This document shows, piece by piece, positions 36,247-49,030 of a stretch of 64,000 nucleotides of DNA. Made by a program: the position numbers and the translations under genes. Under the pieces are notes generated by a model, which ran no database searches, was not told the origin of the DNA, and saw only the letters and a list, made by a program, of their open reading frames with translations. This DNA comes from Octopus vulgaris (Eukaryota): the NCBI GenBank assembly GCA_951406725.2, contig OX597838.1:15190001-15254000 (forward strand), read 5' to 3'. Every line of letters starts with the position of its first letter. Within the stretch, counting starts at the first letter, position 1.

Positions 36247-36988
36247 CTAAAAATAGATCTTGAAAACTAAGGGCAAAGGTTCTATTCCATTAAATATTTA
36301 GGTGGAGGTTTTTTGTTGGGTTTTTTTTTTTTTTTGGAGTGGGGGTCAGGTAGGGTTCTAAATTTCTTTGTATTTAAGAATATATTCATGCTAAAGTAAA
36401 ACTTATATACAATAATTGAGAGATTAAGATGCTGGAATGCTAACCATGTGATCTTCAGATAGAAGCCTGCTACTTTCATTGTGTTGTTGTTGTTGTTAGC
36501 AGTGGTGGTGGTGGTCGTGGTGGTGTTGGTGGTGGTGTTGATCATTACCATAATCTGTGAGCAAAGGTATTTAAGCCACACCAATCCTTTCATTTTGTTT
36601 GGAATTTTTTTTTTTTCTGCTTTTTTTAGAGGTGTGGTATAGGGCTGCATTGTAGAGGTGCATAGAGTATAGAATAGTGGTTAAACTGTTGGACTATGGT
36701 TCATAAGATCTTGAATTCAATTCCCAGGCCAGGTGATGCATTGTGTTTTGCTTGTTAGGCAAGCCATTTCTTCTCGTATTGTTCCTATCCACTCAGCTGA
36801 AAGTGAGTTTAGTCTTACCTTAGAGCAGTGCCTCGCAGACTATCAATCCTCAAATCTTGCAATGCATGGAAACACATGCAAGCCCATGCAGCATACCTTG
36901 ATGGTCTGTTGCAGGCATTTACATGTACCCTTTTCCTTTGCGAGTGTCCTTTTACTTTTCAAGTGTCCTTTTCCTTCTCGAGCTTGTA

Positions 36989-37541
36989 GAGTGTACGTTG
37001 AGAAAGATTTGGTTGCTATTTCTAGCAAGCCAAGCAACCATGGATGTGTTTGCCCAGTCTAAGTTGAGAAAGATTTGGTTGCTATTTCTAGCAAGCCAAG
37101 CAACCATGGATGTGTTTGCCCAGTGTAAGTTGAGAAAAATTTAGTTGCTATTTCTAGCAAGTCAAGCAACCATGGATATCTTTTCCCAGTGTAAGATGAG
37201 AAAAATTTAGTGGCTAATTCTAGCAGTGTAAGTTCAGAAAGATTTGGTTGCTATTTCTAGCAAGTCAAGCAACCATGGACATCTTTTCCCAGTGAAAACT
37301 GCGAAAGGTTTGGTTGCTATTTCTAGCAAGTCAAGCAACCATGGATGTCTTTTCCCAGTGTAAGCTGAGAAAGATTTTGTTGCTAATTCTAGCAGATCAA
37401 GCAACCATGGACATCTTTTTGCAGTGTAAGTTCAGAAAGATTTGGTTGTTATTTCTAGCAAGTCAAGCAACCATGGATGTATTTTCCCAGTGCAAGCTGA
37501 GAAAGATTTTGTTGCTATTTCTAGCAAGCCAAGCAACCATG
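36989..37541. repeat. Minisatellite, 66-bp unit, about 8 copies
   Basis: Unit approximately AGTGTAAGTTGAGAAAGATTTGGTTGCTATTTCTAGCAAGTCAAGCAACCATGGATGTCTTTTCCC. Confidence 0.92.
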
Positions 37542-37669
37542 AAGCAACACAGAGAAAAAAATGTACGTTGGGATGTTATATGTGGACCTATGAATTCATT
37601 TCAGCAGACTGCTGAAACGAATTGATACTGATCAATTGATAACTGATGTTATCTAAAGGAAGGGCAGAC

Positions 37670-38310
37670 ATTGTTTCCAGCTGGCTATACAGCAAAAAAA
37701 AAAAAATCTGTGTCCTTATATTTTCAAACAGGGGAGATCAGCACCTACCCCCAGCACAACCTCACACCCATGGACCGGTTTCTGGGTTATTGCTCTTTGT
37801 CGGTGTTGAGTAGCTTGGTTGGCTAGATGTCACTGCTGAACTGCTGTCGAAAATATATAGATTTCAAAGTGAGACACAGTCACTGATCTGCAGAATAGAA
37901 ATATTATTATTTCTAAATCTCTCGATTTTTTTTCTTTTTTTGTGTGTGTCATATAGCCAGCTGGAAACAATGATTCCTGGGTTTAAATAGCAGTAGCATA
38001 CGTCCCATCCTGGGAATGCCATATTATGTTGGCAAATAGTCATTACTTCATGGTGCTGTTACTGTATATCTCTCTTTGAGAGATTTAGAAATAATAATAT
38101 TTCTGCCTTGTAGATCTGTGACTGTTTGTCACTTTGAAATCTATATATTTTTGACAGCAATTCAGTAGCGACATCAAGCTAAACCATGCTGATAAAGAGC
38201 AATAACCCAGAAAATGGTCCGAGGTTGTGCTGGGTGGAGGTGCTGATCTCCCCTGTTCAAAAATATAAGGACACAGAATTTTTTTTTTTTGTCATATAAC
38301 CAGCTGGAAA
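37670..38310. repeat. Long inverted repeat (about 240-bp arms) in intron 2
   Basis: 37670-37923 versus 38078-38310; a related fragment lies at about 48170-48385. Confidence 0.85.
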
Positions 38311-38536
38311 TGTTGTTTCCTGGGGCTGTGACCGCGTGTGTACCGTTGGCGATTTTTTTTCCTCTGTCTTCCCTTCTCTGGATCTTTCCTTTTCCTATGT
38401 TTCTGACAAAGAGCTCCGCTCGAAACGTAAAACCCTCCTTCTTCCCTTCCTTCCTGAGCGTCCAATAATACTATATTTGTTCCACATCCTCGCGTTGTTG
38501 TGTTTTCTCTTGGTGTTTTCATGTTTGGATTAACTA

Positions 38537-38581
<45 letters not shown>

Positions 38582-38666
38582 TAGATATAGAAATTCGGGG
38601 TGAGTACTTGATAATTATAAGCACCTGTGTATACCAAACGGTATACACAGGTGCTTATAGATAGAT

Positions 38667-38713
<47 letters not shown>

Positions 38714-39497
38714 AAGACTCCCTTTGGTCACAAATATTTATTGGTTTGCACCTAAAAAGTTCCCCTCAGAGACACAAGTCTGAGCAAGGTTTTTTTTATG
38801 GAAGACCAGCAGTCACCCATGCATACCATCCTCCCCTCTCCGTGCCACTGATGTTATCTAAAGGAAGGGCAAAGACAGATACCGGTTGGCACCAGTGACG
38901 TCACAACTCATTTCTGCAGCTGAGTGAACTGGAGCAATGTGAAATAAAGTGCCTTGCTCAAGAACACAAAACATGGTCTGGGGATCGAACGCGCTACCTT
39001 ATGATAGTGGGCCTGATGCTTTAACCACTGAGCCATGCGCCTTCACCATTGGGTAATATTTGTTTTATAATTCTGTCAGGTATTATAATTCTGTCAGGTA
39101 TTATAATTGCAAATATGCAACAATCTTGTTCAAACATGATAAAAATCTTTGAAGGTCATCCAAGCTTTCAAATTTCATCAAGAATTATTAAAAATAGGCT
39201 TTACAGATTTTTATACATATGTATAGACTATTACTACTACTACTACTGCTACTACTACTTATTGCTGTATTATTGTCGTCATCATCACTATTATTATTAT
39301 TATTATTTTTATTATTATTTGCATCATTTTTTTTATTATTTAGTCATGCATATCAAAGGCTTTCGTCACTCCTGATACCAGTTCATGACTACCATGTCTA
39401 ACATCACGCAATACACTATCCAAGCAACTTTCAGGTCATTTAGAATGAAATGTCCAATTTTGAACTGAAAGTTTATTTTACTTTTTTATCTCAACAA

Positions 39498-39663
39498 AGG
39501 CGCAGGAGTGGCTGTGTGGCAAGTAGCTTGCTAACCAACCACATGGTTCCAGGTTCAGTCCCACTGCATGGCACCTTGGGCAAGTGTCTTCTGCTATAGC
39601 CCCGGGCCAACAAATGCCTTGTGAGTGGATTTGGTAGACGGAAACTGAAAGAAGCCTGTCGTA

Positions 39664-39710
<47 letters not shown>

Positions 39711-39915
39711 ATATGTTTGTGTGTCTGTGTTTGTCCGCCTAGCATTGCTTGACAACCGATGCTGGTGTGTTTACGTCCCTGTCACTTAGCGGTTCGGCAA
39801 AAGAGACCGACAGAATAAGTACTGGGCTTACAAAGAATAAGTCCCGGGGTCGATTTGCTCGACTAAAGGCGGTGCTCCAGCATGGCCGCAGTCAAATGAC
39901 TGAAACAAGTAAAGA
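39498..39915 (+). mobile_element. SINE family A, plus-strand copy
   Basis: Full head, microsatellite and tail. Other plus copies at about 4665-4935, 19046-19465, 22156-22570, 25760-26160, 30143-30530, 45738-46145, 51497-51890, 53641-53895 and 63603-63780. Confidence 0.9.
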
Positions 39916-39926
39916 AAGTAATCCAG

Positions 39927-40055
39927 TTAATCGAAGTATGCACCTGAATTATCAACACAATTTTGCCATTTTATCAGTAGCTTATTTATGCCAAGCAGAG
40001 AAGAATCCTGGAGAAGAGCAAGAGGTGATGAAATCACGAAAGTGGATTTGAATAT
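39927..40055 (-). mobile_element. Mariner transposase C-terminal relic
   Basis: FRDFITS...GFFS/GINKLLIKWQNCVDNSGAYFD* with frameshifts. Confidence 0.75.
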
Positions 40056-40101
40056 GAAAGAACTTCTTAACCACACAGCCGAATCTATGCCTACACATAT
40101 C

Positions 40102-40329
40102 TGTGTGTGTGTGTCTGTCTGTCTGTCTGTGTGTGTGTGTGTGTGTCTGTCTGTCTGTCAGTGTGTGTGTGTGTGTGTGTGAGTGTGTGTGTCTGTCTGT
40201 CTGTGTGTGTGTGAGTGTGTGTGTCTGTCTGTCTGTCTGTGTCTGTCTGTCTGTCTGTGTGTGTGTGTGTGTGTGTGTGTCTGTCTGTGTGTGTGTGTGT
40301 CTGTCTGTCTGTCTGTGTGTGTGTGTGTC

Positions 40330-40377
<48 letters not shown>

Positions 40378-40381
40378 TGTC

Positions 40382-40423
<42 letters not shown>

Positions 40424-40521
40424 TGTCTGTCTGTCTGTGTGTGTGTGTGTCTGTCTGTCTGTCTGTGTCTGTCTGTCTGTCTGTGTGTGTGAGTGTGTGT
40501 GTCTGTCTGTGTGTGTGTGTG

Positions 40522-40552
<31 letters not shown>

Positions 40553-40571
40553 GTGTGTGTGTGTGTGTGTG
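40102..40571. repeat. (GT)n/(GTCT)n compound microsatellite
   Basis: Direct inspection. Confidence 0.95.
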
Positions 40572-40946
40572 CATGGCAAAAATAACTTAGAGATAACAAA
40601 GTGTCACTAGACTGAATCATTTATGACTTTTTTTTCATACATGTGTTATATCCTTTTATGAATTGTGCTGTCATCGTCAGTTAACGAGCAATTTCAAATT
40701 TTATTTATCTTCTTTCTTTTTCTTTATCTTTTTACTTGTTCCAGTCATTAGACTGCGGCCATGCTGGGGCACCTACTAGAAAAATCTTTAGTCGAATGTC
40801 TCAATTCCAGTACTCATTTATTTTTTTAAAAGCCTGGTATTTATTCTATCGGTCTCATTTTGCTGAGCCACTAAGTTAAGGGGACATAAACAGACCAACA
40901 CCTGTCGTCAAGCAGTGGATGGTGACAAACACATACAAACGTATAT

Positions 40947-40981
<35 letters not shown>

Positions 40982-41318
40982 TTAACGTCCACTTTCCATG
41001 CCAGCATGGGTTAGGCGATTTGACTGAGGACTGGTGAACCAGATGGCTGCACCAGGCTCCAATCTGATCTGGCAGAGTTTCTACAGCTGGATGCCCTTCC
41101 TAACGCCAGCCACTCTGAGGGCCACACACACATACTCACACACATATATACGACGGGCTTCTTTGATGGTGCCATGCAAAAAGCACCCAGTACACTCTGT
41201 GGAGTGGTTGGCATTAGGAAGAACATCCAGTCATAAAAACCAAATCAAAGCAGACTACAGAACCTGGTGCAGCCCCTGACCTTGCTAGTTCCTGCCAAGC
41301 ACAGACAATGGATGTTAA

Positions 41319-41338
41319 ATGATGATGATGATGATGAT

Positions 41339-41384
<46 letters not shown>

Positions 41385-41437
41385 TGGTAGTAGTGGTGGT
41401 GGTGGTGGTGGTGGTGGTGGTGGTGGTGGTGGTGGTG

Positions 41438-41513
<76 letters not shown>

Positions 41514-41539
41514 TGGTAGTAGTGGTGGTGGTGGTGGTG

Positions 41540-41575
<36 letters not shown>

Positions 41576-41578
41576 GTA
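41319..41578. repeat. (GAT)n-(GTA)n-(GTG)n trinucleotide tract
   Basis: Direct inspection. Confidence 0.95.
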
Positions 41579-42140
41579 AAGTAACCTACATTCAACCAAT
41601 ACGATAATCCAAGATTATCTTTGGAAAATTCTGGGTCTTGCCACACCAGTACCTCATTCCCAAGACATATATCCCTCTGGTTCTAATCGCAACAAAGAGT
41701 CAAAGTTCATCCAGTTTACCTAGCTGGTAGGATGACAATTGAAGGCAATTTGACTTCTGTTTCTAGCAGATTTAGGGACCATGTATAGGCTCCCTCTGTC
41801 ATTGCTCCATAACACATTTTCCATATCTAAAACTGCATTACCTAGTATGCCATACCTTGACAGAGTGAGGTTTGAGGGGTTTGGCTAGTATTTCTAGCGG
41901 ATCAAACAACTATGTAACAAGTATGTTAGCTTGGCAGGTTCTAATTCTTTTCACAGCAGTGATTCTCAACTGCTTTTGTTTTGTTGTTTGTTTTACTTTT
42001 GTTGTTTTGTTTTTTTTGTTTTGGTTTTTTTTCTTATTTTGACTAATTTTTTTCTTTTGTGTTTTCATTCAGCTCTTGAATTTTTCTTAAAGTTGGATAG
42101 GATATGACTAAGCACTTTGTGACTTCTTTCTCCTCACACT

Positions 42141-42226
<86 letters not shown>

Positions 42227-44353
42227 CCCTCTCTCTCTCTCTTTAATACCAAGCATTATCCCAACCACCACTACAGTTGCCCCAAACAATGTCTGCTGCT
42301 CTATTTGCCAAACACACCAACTGAGGTATTAACTTCTTCCTAAATCATTTTATTAATATCCGTAGTGAAGACGCATGGCTTAGTGGTTAGGGGATTCGGC
42401 TCACAATTGTAAGGTTGTAAGTTCGATTCTCAGTGGCATGCCATGTCCTTGAACAAGATACTTTATTTCACATTGCTCCAGTCCACTCATTTGGCAAAAA
42501 TGAGTAGTACTTATAGGCAATTTCTACTCTTCTCCTCTGGAAGCCATCTACTCACAATACCAGAGGGTGCACACTCTCCTACCCTTATGTAATCTCCAGG
42601 GATACAGGCATCCAGCAACAGGACCTCCGTAATGCTATGATGGACCTTGAAGTCTGGCGTAGCATGGTAAATTCCATTGTCTCGACCACGGTCGAACAAT
42701 GATGATGATAATGATGAGTACTTATATTTCAAAGAACCAGCCTGTATCATGATGTATCTCCCTGAAGACCATTAAGGGTATGCATGTCTGTGGAGTACTC
42801 AGCCACAAGCTGTTCTGTCGATCAGATCAACTGGAGCCCTTGTCATCGTAACAAACAGAGTGCCAATTAGTTATTAATATCCATAAATAGTTGAAGGTGG
42901 TAAGCTGGCAGAATCATTAGTATGCTGGGCAAAATGCTTATAGGCATTTCATCCATCTTTACGTTCCGAGTTCAAATTTCGCCTTTCATTCTTTTGGGGT
43001 CGATAAAATAAGTACCAATTGAACATTGGGGTCAATATACTTGACTTATCCCCTTCCCCCGAAATTGCTGGCCTTGTGCCCAAACTTGAAACCAATATTA
43101 ATGGCACGTAAAAAGCACCCACTACACTCTAGGAGTGGTTGGCGTTAGGAAGGGCATCCAGCTGTAGAAACACTGCCAGATCAGACTGGGCCTGGTGCAG
43201 CCTTCTGGCTTCCCAGACCCCAGTTGAACCATCCAACCCATGCTAGCATGGAAACCGGACGTTAAACGATGACGACGACGACGATGATGATGATGATGAT
43301 GATGACGATGACGACGACGATGACGATGACGACAACGACGATGATGATGACGATTAATAAATAGTTAGGCAGAGAGCTGGCAGAATCATTAGCATGCCTG
43401 GCAAAATGTTTTTGCTGCATTTTGTCCATCTTTACATTCTGAGTTCAAATCCCACTGAGGTCGGCTTTGCCTTTCAGGATCATCATCATCATCATCGTTT
43501 AATGACCGTTCTCCATGCTAGCATGGTTTGGACGGTTCGACCAGGGAAGTCAGAAGGCTGCACCAGGCTCCAGTCTGATCTGGCAGTGTTTCTACAGCTG
43601 GATGCCCTTCCTAAATTACCAGTTGAACAGTGGGGGTCAATGTAATTGACAAAATCCCTCGCCTGAAATCACTGGCCTTGTCCCAAAATTTTGAAACCAG
43701 TATTCATAAATAGTGTTACTTAATTCTCTCTATTTTTTTTGTTCTATTCTTTTATACATCGAACACTTCTTCATCTTACAAATCTAGGTCAATATGTGTT
43801 ATTAACAAGTTCCAACAACTATGTCCGTTACTATCACCAATTGACTTTTAAAGTTCAGCTCCAACCGATCGTAGCCGATGCCAGACCCCCCCCCCCTGGC
43901 ACCTGTGCAGGTGGCATGTAAAAAGCACCCACTACACTCGCGGGGTGGTTGGCGTTAGGAAGGGCATCCAGCTGTAGAAACTCTGCCAGATCAGACTGGA
44001 GCCTGGTGTGGCCCCTGGCTCCCCAGACCCCGGTCGAACCGTCCAACCCATGCTAGCGTGGAAAACGGACGTTAAACGATGATGATGATTCATAAATAGT
44101 GTTACTTAATTCTCTCTATTTTTTTTTTCTATTCTTTTATACATCGAACACTTCTTCGTCTTACAAATCTAGGTCAATGAGTGTTGTTAACAAGGTCCAA
44201 CAACTACGTCCGTTACTATCACCAATTGACTTTTCAAGTTCAGCTCAGCTCTTATCTGCATTGTCAATTATTGTCACAGAAGATTCAACTAATTTTATTG
44301 GAGTTATCTCCCTGCCTCGCAGGTTTTTCTTTTTTTTTTTTTTTCACCTTTAA

Positions 44354-44574
44354 CCCTTTAGTGTTTAAACCGGCCATATCCAGCCCAAAGTATTCTACAA
44401 GTTTTATATTGAAACTGGCCAGATCCAGCCTCTCACACCTAACCTACATTGACATTCTAAAAATAAACAATAATATCATTGAAACTTCAAAGCTATAAGA
44501 TCATGCATGATTAATTCAAAACAATTTGAGTGAAAAAGTATTACATTTAACAGAGTAATCTGAACACCAAAGGG
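44354..44574. mobile_element. piggyBac-type MITE
   Basis: TTAA-CCCTTTAGTGTT ... AACACCAAAGGG-TTAA; homologous to 13018-13237. Confidence 0.85.
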
Positions 44575-44885
44575 TTAAATTTCAAATGCGACAGGAGAGA
44601 GTTTTTGTCTTCTGATTACAAGGATATCGTCTGTTAATCAATGTCTTTCAATTCACTGTATAGCACATATTTGTTACTATCTAGTGGTTTAGTCTCAACT
44701 AGTCTCAACTAGTCCCGGGACAGAATTTGTTCTGCTCTAATTTTATTTAAATTTATCATTTCTGCACTGAATTTTCGGCGATGTTGCTGTTATTGTTGTA
44801 CCTGAAAGTGATATCAGCATATCTCTCCTTCTCCCACTCGCCCACCTGATACACACCAATAAAGAAACGCACCACACACACACAC

Positions 44886-45300
44886 TTTCTGTCTCTCTTT
44901 CTCCCTCTCTTTCTTTCTCTCTTTCTCTCTCCCTCTCTCTCTTTCTTTCTCTCTCTCTCTCTCTCTCTCTTCTTTCTCTCTCTCCTCCTCTCTCTTTCTT
45001 TCTCTCTCTCTCTTTCTTTCTATCTCTCTTTCTTTCTCTCTCTCTCTCTTTCTTTCTCTCTCTCTTTCTTTCTCTCTCCCTCTCTCTCTTTCTGTCTCTC
45101 TCTCTCTCTTTCTTTCTCTCTCCCTCTCTCTCTTTCTTTCTCTCTCTCTCTTTCTCTCTCTCTCTTTCTTTCTCTCTCTCGCACATGTACACTTGCACAC
45201 ATGCATACACACATGCACACATGTACACATACTCTCAGACTTACAGATTCTCTTTCTCCCTCTCCCTTCCTCTCCCTCTTTCTCTCTCTTTCTCTTTCTG
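44886..45300. repeat. (CT)n/(CTTT)n polypyrimidine tract
   Basis: Direct inspection. Confidence 0.9.
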
Positions 45301-46472
45301 TCACACACACACACTGAAAACTACAAGAGACTCCGTCACCTCCCCTCCAAATTTTAATATGCCACTCAAGGAACCTCTATGTGATCACTGAGCTTGCTAG
45401 AAACAACAACTAATTATTCACTCAAATCATCATACCAGCTATCACCTCATGTTCAATGAAGTACATTGAATAATATAGTCCAAGACACAGGCTAAACAGC
45501 AACATTGCTAAGCCACACTACATCACATCACTCTAACCTTAGGTATACTATACCTGAATAAAGCTTGGGATGGTCATGGTTAGATTGTCTTTGATCATAG
45601 GTCTGACGGATCAAGGACCAATCAAGGGCTAAACGGCACCACACCACACTAATCTGGTTGTAGAAATATACTGGGGCAGTGAGGACTTGTGTCTAAACAG
45701 CGACATTAACCACAGCAATGTCGATGCTACTCTGTAAAGGTGCAAGCATGGCTATGTGGTAAGAAGTCTGCTTCTGAACCATATGGTTGTGGGTTCAGTT
45801 CTTCTGCATGGCACATTGAGCAAGTGTCTTCTGCTGTAGCCTTGGACTGACCAATGCCTTGTGAGTGGATTTGGTAGACGGAAACTGAAAGAAGCCTGTT
45901 GTATATATGTATATGTATATATGTATGTGTGTGTGTTTGTGTGTCTGTGTTTGTCCTCCTAGCATTGCTTGACAACCGATACTGGTGTGTTTACGTCCCC
46001 GTCGCTTAGCAGTTCGGCATAAGAGACCGATAGAATAAGTACTGGGCTTACAAAGAATAAGTTCCGGGGTCGATTTGCTCGACTAAAGGCGGTGCTCCAG
46101 CATGGCCGCAGTCAAATGACTGAAACAAGTAAAAGAGAAAAGAGTAAGCGTAAGAGTATATATGTGTGAGTGTGTGTATGTGTGTGTGTATGTGTGCTTG
46201 TGTGTGTGTGTGTGTTTGTATGTTTTACCTTATTTACCACCTTGGCGGTGCTAAATATGAACTAATAAGTGCACATATTTAAAATACATTCAAATACTAC
46301 TGTAGGTATGAGTATATATCTATATATGCATGAAGAAAATTTGAATCTAATCGAATTTAACCTAGATTTGACGTAAGGGAGACAATATATTAAAAATTTT
46401 TCCCCCTGATATTTATTTACCCAAATTTGTGCATTATTTTATTGTGATTTTACTGTGGTTTAATCCAAGGTG

Positions 46473-46505
<33 letters not shown>

Positions 46506-46555
46506 CTCAGCATACTGGATTCTTCTCAAATTCTCTGATTTCCATTATCTTACAG

Positions 46556-46639
46556 TTCCCTGGATTTACCTACATTTGTAGCAGAGCTGAAGGCTATAAT
46601 CAATGAACCTGCAAAAATTTGTCTTTTTGATGAAATAAG
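46556..46639 (+). CDS. USH1C: Harmonin-like exon 3 (SSLDLPTFVAELKAIINEPAKICLFDEIR)
   Basis: Acceptor ttatcttacag, donor GTAAAA, 84 nt, phase 2 to 2. Matches harmonin [28 protein letters not shown]. Not in the ORF track. Confidence 0.92.
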
Positions 46640-46696
46640 GTAAAACCATTTCCAGTAATCACCTCGGCTCCTTTTTCTTTGCATTTAATGTTCCCT

Positions 46697-46718
46697 CTGC
46701 TGCTGCTGTTGCTACTAC

Positions 46719-46749
<31 letters not shown>

Positions 46750-46940
46750 CTTCTTCTTCTTCTTCTTCTTCTTCTTCTTCTTCTTCTTCTTCTTCTTCTT
46801 CTTCTTCTTCTTCTCATCCTTCTCCTTCTTCTTCTCCTTTTTCTTCTTCTCCTTCTTCTCCTTCTTCTTCTTCTTCTTCTTTTTCTTCTTCTTCTTCTTC
46901 TCCCCTCCTCCTCCTCCTTCTTCTTCTTCTTCTTCTTCTT
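46697..46940. repeat. (CTG)n-(TTG)n-(TTC)n trinucleotide tract just downstream of exon 3
   Basis: Direct inspection. Confidence 0.95.
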
Positions 46941-48008
46941 GTGGTGCCTGTTATTGACGTTGTTGTTGTTGTTTTAACTGCTGCTGCTGTTGTTACTTAA
47001 CCCCCCCCTCCTGGTCAGTTCACATCCAACTGACTTAGGATCATAGGCAGATACAGCTGACTGTGTGGGCAAGAAGTTTATTTTTCAACTTTGTGGTTTC
47101 CAGTTCAATCCCACACTGTGGCATATTGCTCGAGTGTCTTCTACTAAATCTGTGAATCAACCAATACTTCGTTGTAGAAATTTGGTTGAGAGTCACTTAC
47201 CTGGAAGCCTGTCGACGAGACGGCCCAGTTCTTAGGAGATTGACTTCATTTCTCACCTCATGTAACCCCTTAGCATTTAAACCAGCCATACCTGGCCAAT
47301 ATATTGTTTTATGTCCAAATTAGCCAGATCCAGCCTCTCACACCCACCCTACAATGTCAGTCTGAAAAAGTAAATTATCGTCATCATCATCGTCATTTAA
47401 CGTCTATTTTTTCCATGCTGGCATGGGTTAGATGGTTTGAGAAAGCTGCACCAGGCTGCAGTCTGTTTTGGCTTGGTTTCTATGGCTTTCTGATGCCATC
47501 CACTCCATAGACTGTGACGGGTGCCATTCACGTGTCACTAGCACGGGTGCCTTTTACATGCCACTGACACTGGTTATGACTACGAATTTCACTTGGCTTG
47601 ATACTAACAGAACATTAGCACAGTGCCAGAAAGTTGAGGAGAGGACTAGACAATTAAGTCGATCACAGCCCTAACTCTCTCCCCAGCTGCCACATCCTAG
47701 ATGTTGTGCTAGGTCAAGGACAGGGGATCAAGAAGGTTTCTATGTCTACTCACGACTACATGAGCCCCAAAAACAATTAGTGATAGCATGGTACATGCTA
47801 TCATGTCACCCTCAATTATAAGTGACTGTTATGGTATCATGTTATCGTATCATATTATCTCATGTTTAACAATACTCTGTTATATAATGCTGTATTTATT
47901 ACTTAACACTATCACCGTATGTAATGATACTTCATTGCATGGTGATACTATATTGTGTAATGATATCATGTTCAGTTTGGAACTTTTTTTTTTTTATTAT
48001 TTTTCCAG

Positions 48009-48136
48009 ACCTTTAGTACCTCTGAATCAACAGATAGCTTATGATTCTCTTTGTCCTATAATCCCTTCAGCAACCAAGAAGTTAATTCGCTTAGAAAACC
48101 TTGAAAATGGATCTTTAGGATTTTCACTGCGAGGAG
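48009..48136 (+). CDS. USH1C: Harmonin-like exon 4 (PLVPLNQQIAYDSLCPIIPSATKKLIRLENLENGSLGFSLRGG), end of N-domain and start of PDZ1
   Basis: Acceptor ttttccag, donor GTTTGT, 128 nt, phase 2 to 1. Contains the SLGF carboxylate-binding loop and matches RPLIPLKHQVEYDQL...GLGLSVRGG. Confidence 0.93.
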
Positions 48137-48730
48137 GTTTGTAACGTTTATATTCTTATCAATTCTATGTCCCAGCTTGCGGGGGTGATTGCCTCCCCTT
48201 TGCAAATATAAGGACACAGAAAATGTGTCAAAGCCGACAGGAGACATCAATGTTTCCTAGGGCTAAATGGCGGTGGTGTAATTCCCTTACGGGACTGTCA
48301 CATTGAGTTGACAGTATACGACCACTATATTGCTTCACCACCGCTTTTGTCTCTCTGAGACATTTAGAAATTCAATATTTCTAATATTAATTATCAGTTT
48401 TGTGTTATTTATTGATTACCATATCTTCCAGCATTGAAGAGGCTTCGACCTCAAAGATTCACCCTAATTTTGATTTTAAAATTACAAACAAAAAGTCATA
48501 AACACAGATACAAAATCTCAATACTTTACACCAGGATGTTTTGTAAATGGCTTAGTCACACATCCAGATCCTGTTGGTCACTTATACTTTATACTTTTTC
48601 TTTTACTTTTACAGTATAAAGTTTAACATAGATAATACTCCATGGCTTAAAATTGTCTTATGAAAATGTAAACTTTGTCCTCTATGACTTTAAAGAAAGC
48701 GCAATGTCCTCAATACCAGGAAATATGATA

Positions 48731-49030
48731 TCTTTATAAATAAAAGAGAGGTTGTGTGCTGTCTGTCTCCTACGATTTAGATTCCTAACTACTCCCACTT
48801 TTTGCGGTGCAGTTTAACCAAAACCAGGTATCTTATAGTCGTGATTCATATCGAGAAGTAACTCTCTAAAAATTTATTATTAAATCTCAGAGCGTAAAAA
48901 GCTACAGTAACACCCCCACCCCCCCTTTGTGGTTAGCCATATTGAGATGGCTATTATACTTTACATCTCTAAAAATGCTTATATAGTTATTTCCCTTACA
49001 AACCCGAGCAACGCCAGGTGATACTGCTAG
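48731..49030 (+). mobile_element. Non-autonomous Helitron (300 bp)
   Basis: 5' TC after A, subterminal hairpin CCCGAGCAACGCCAGG, 3' CTAG followed by T, no TSD. Confidence 0.8.

Noticed and set aside
36989-37541. CRISPR-like array of palindromic repeats
   Set aside because: Units are contiguous with no unique spacers, there are no cas genes, and the context is eukaryotic.
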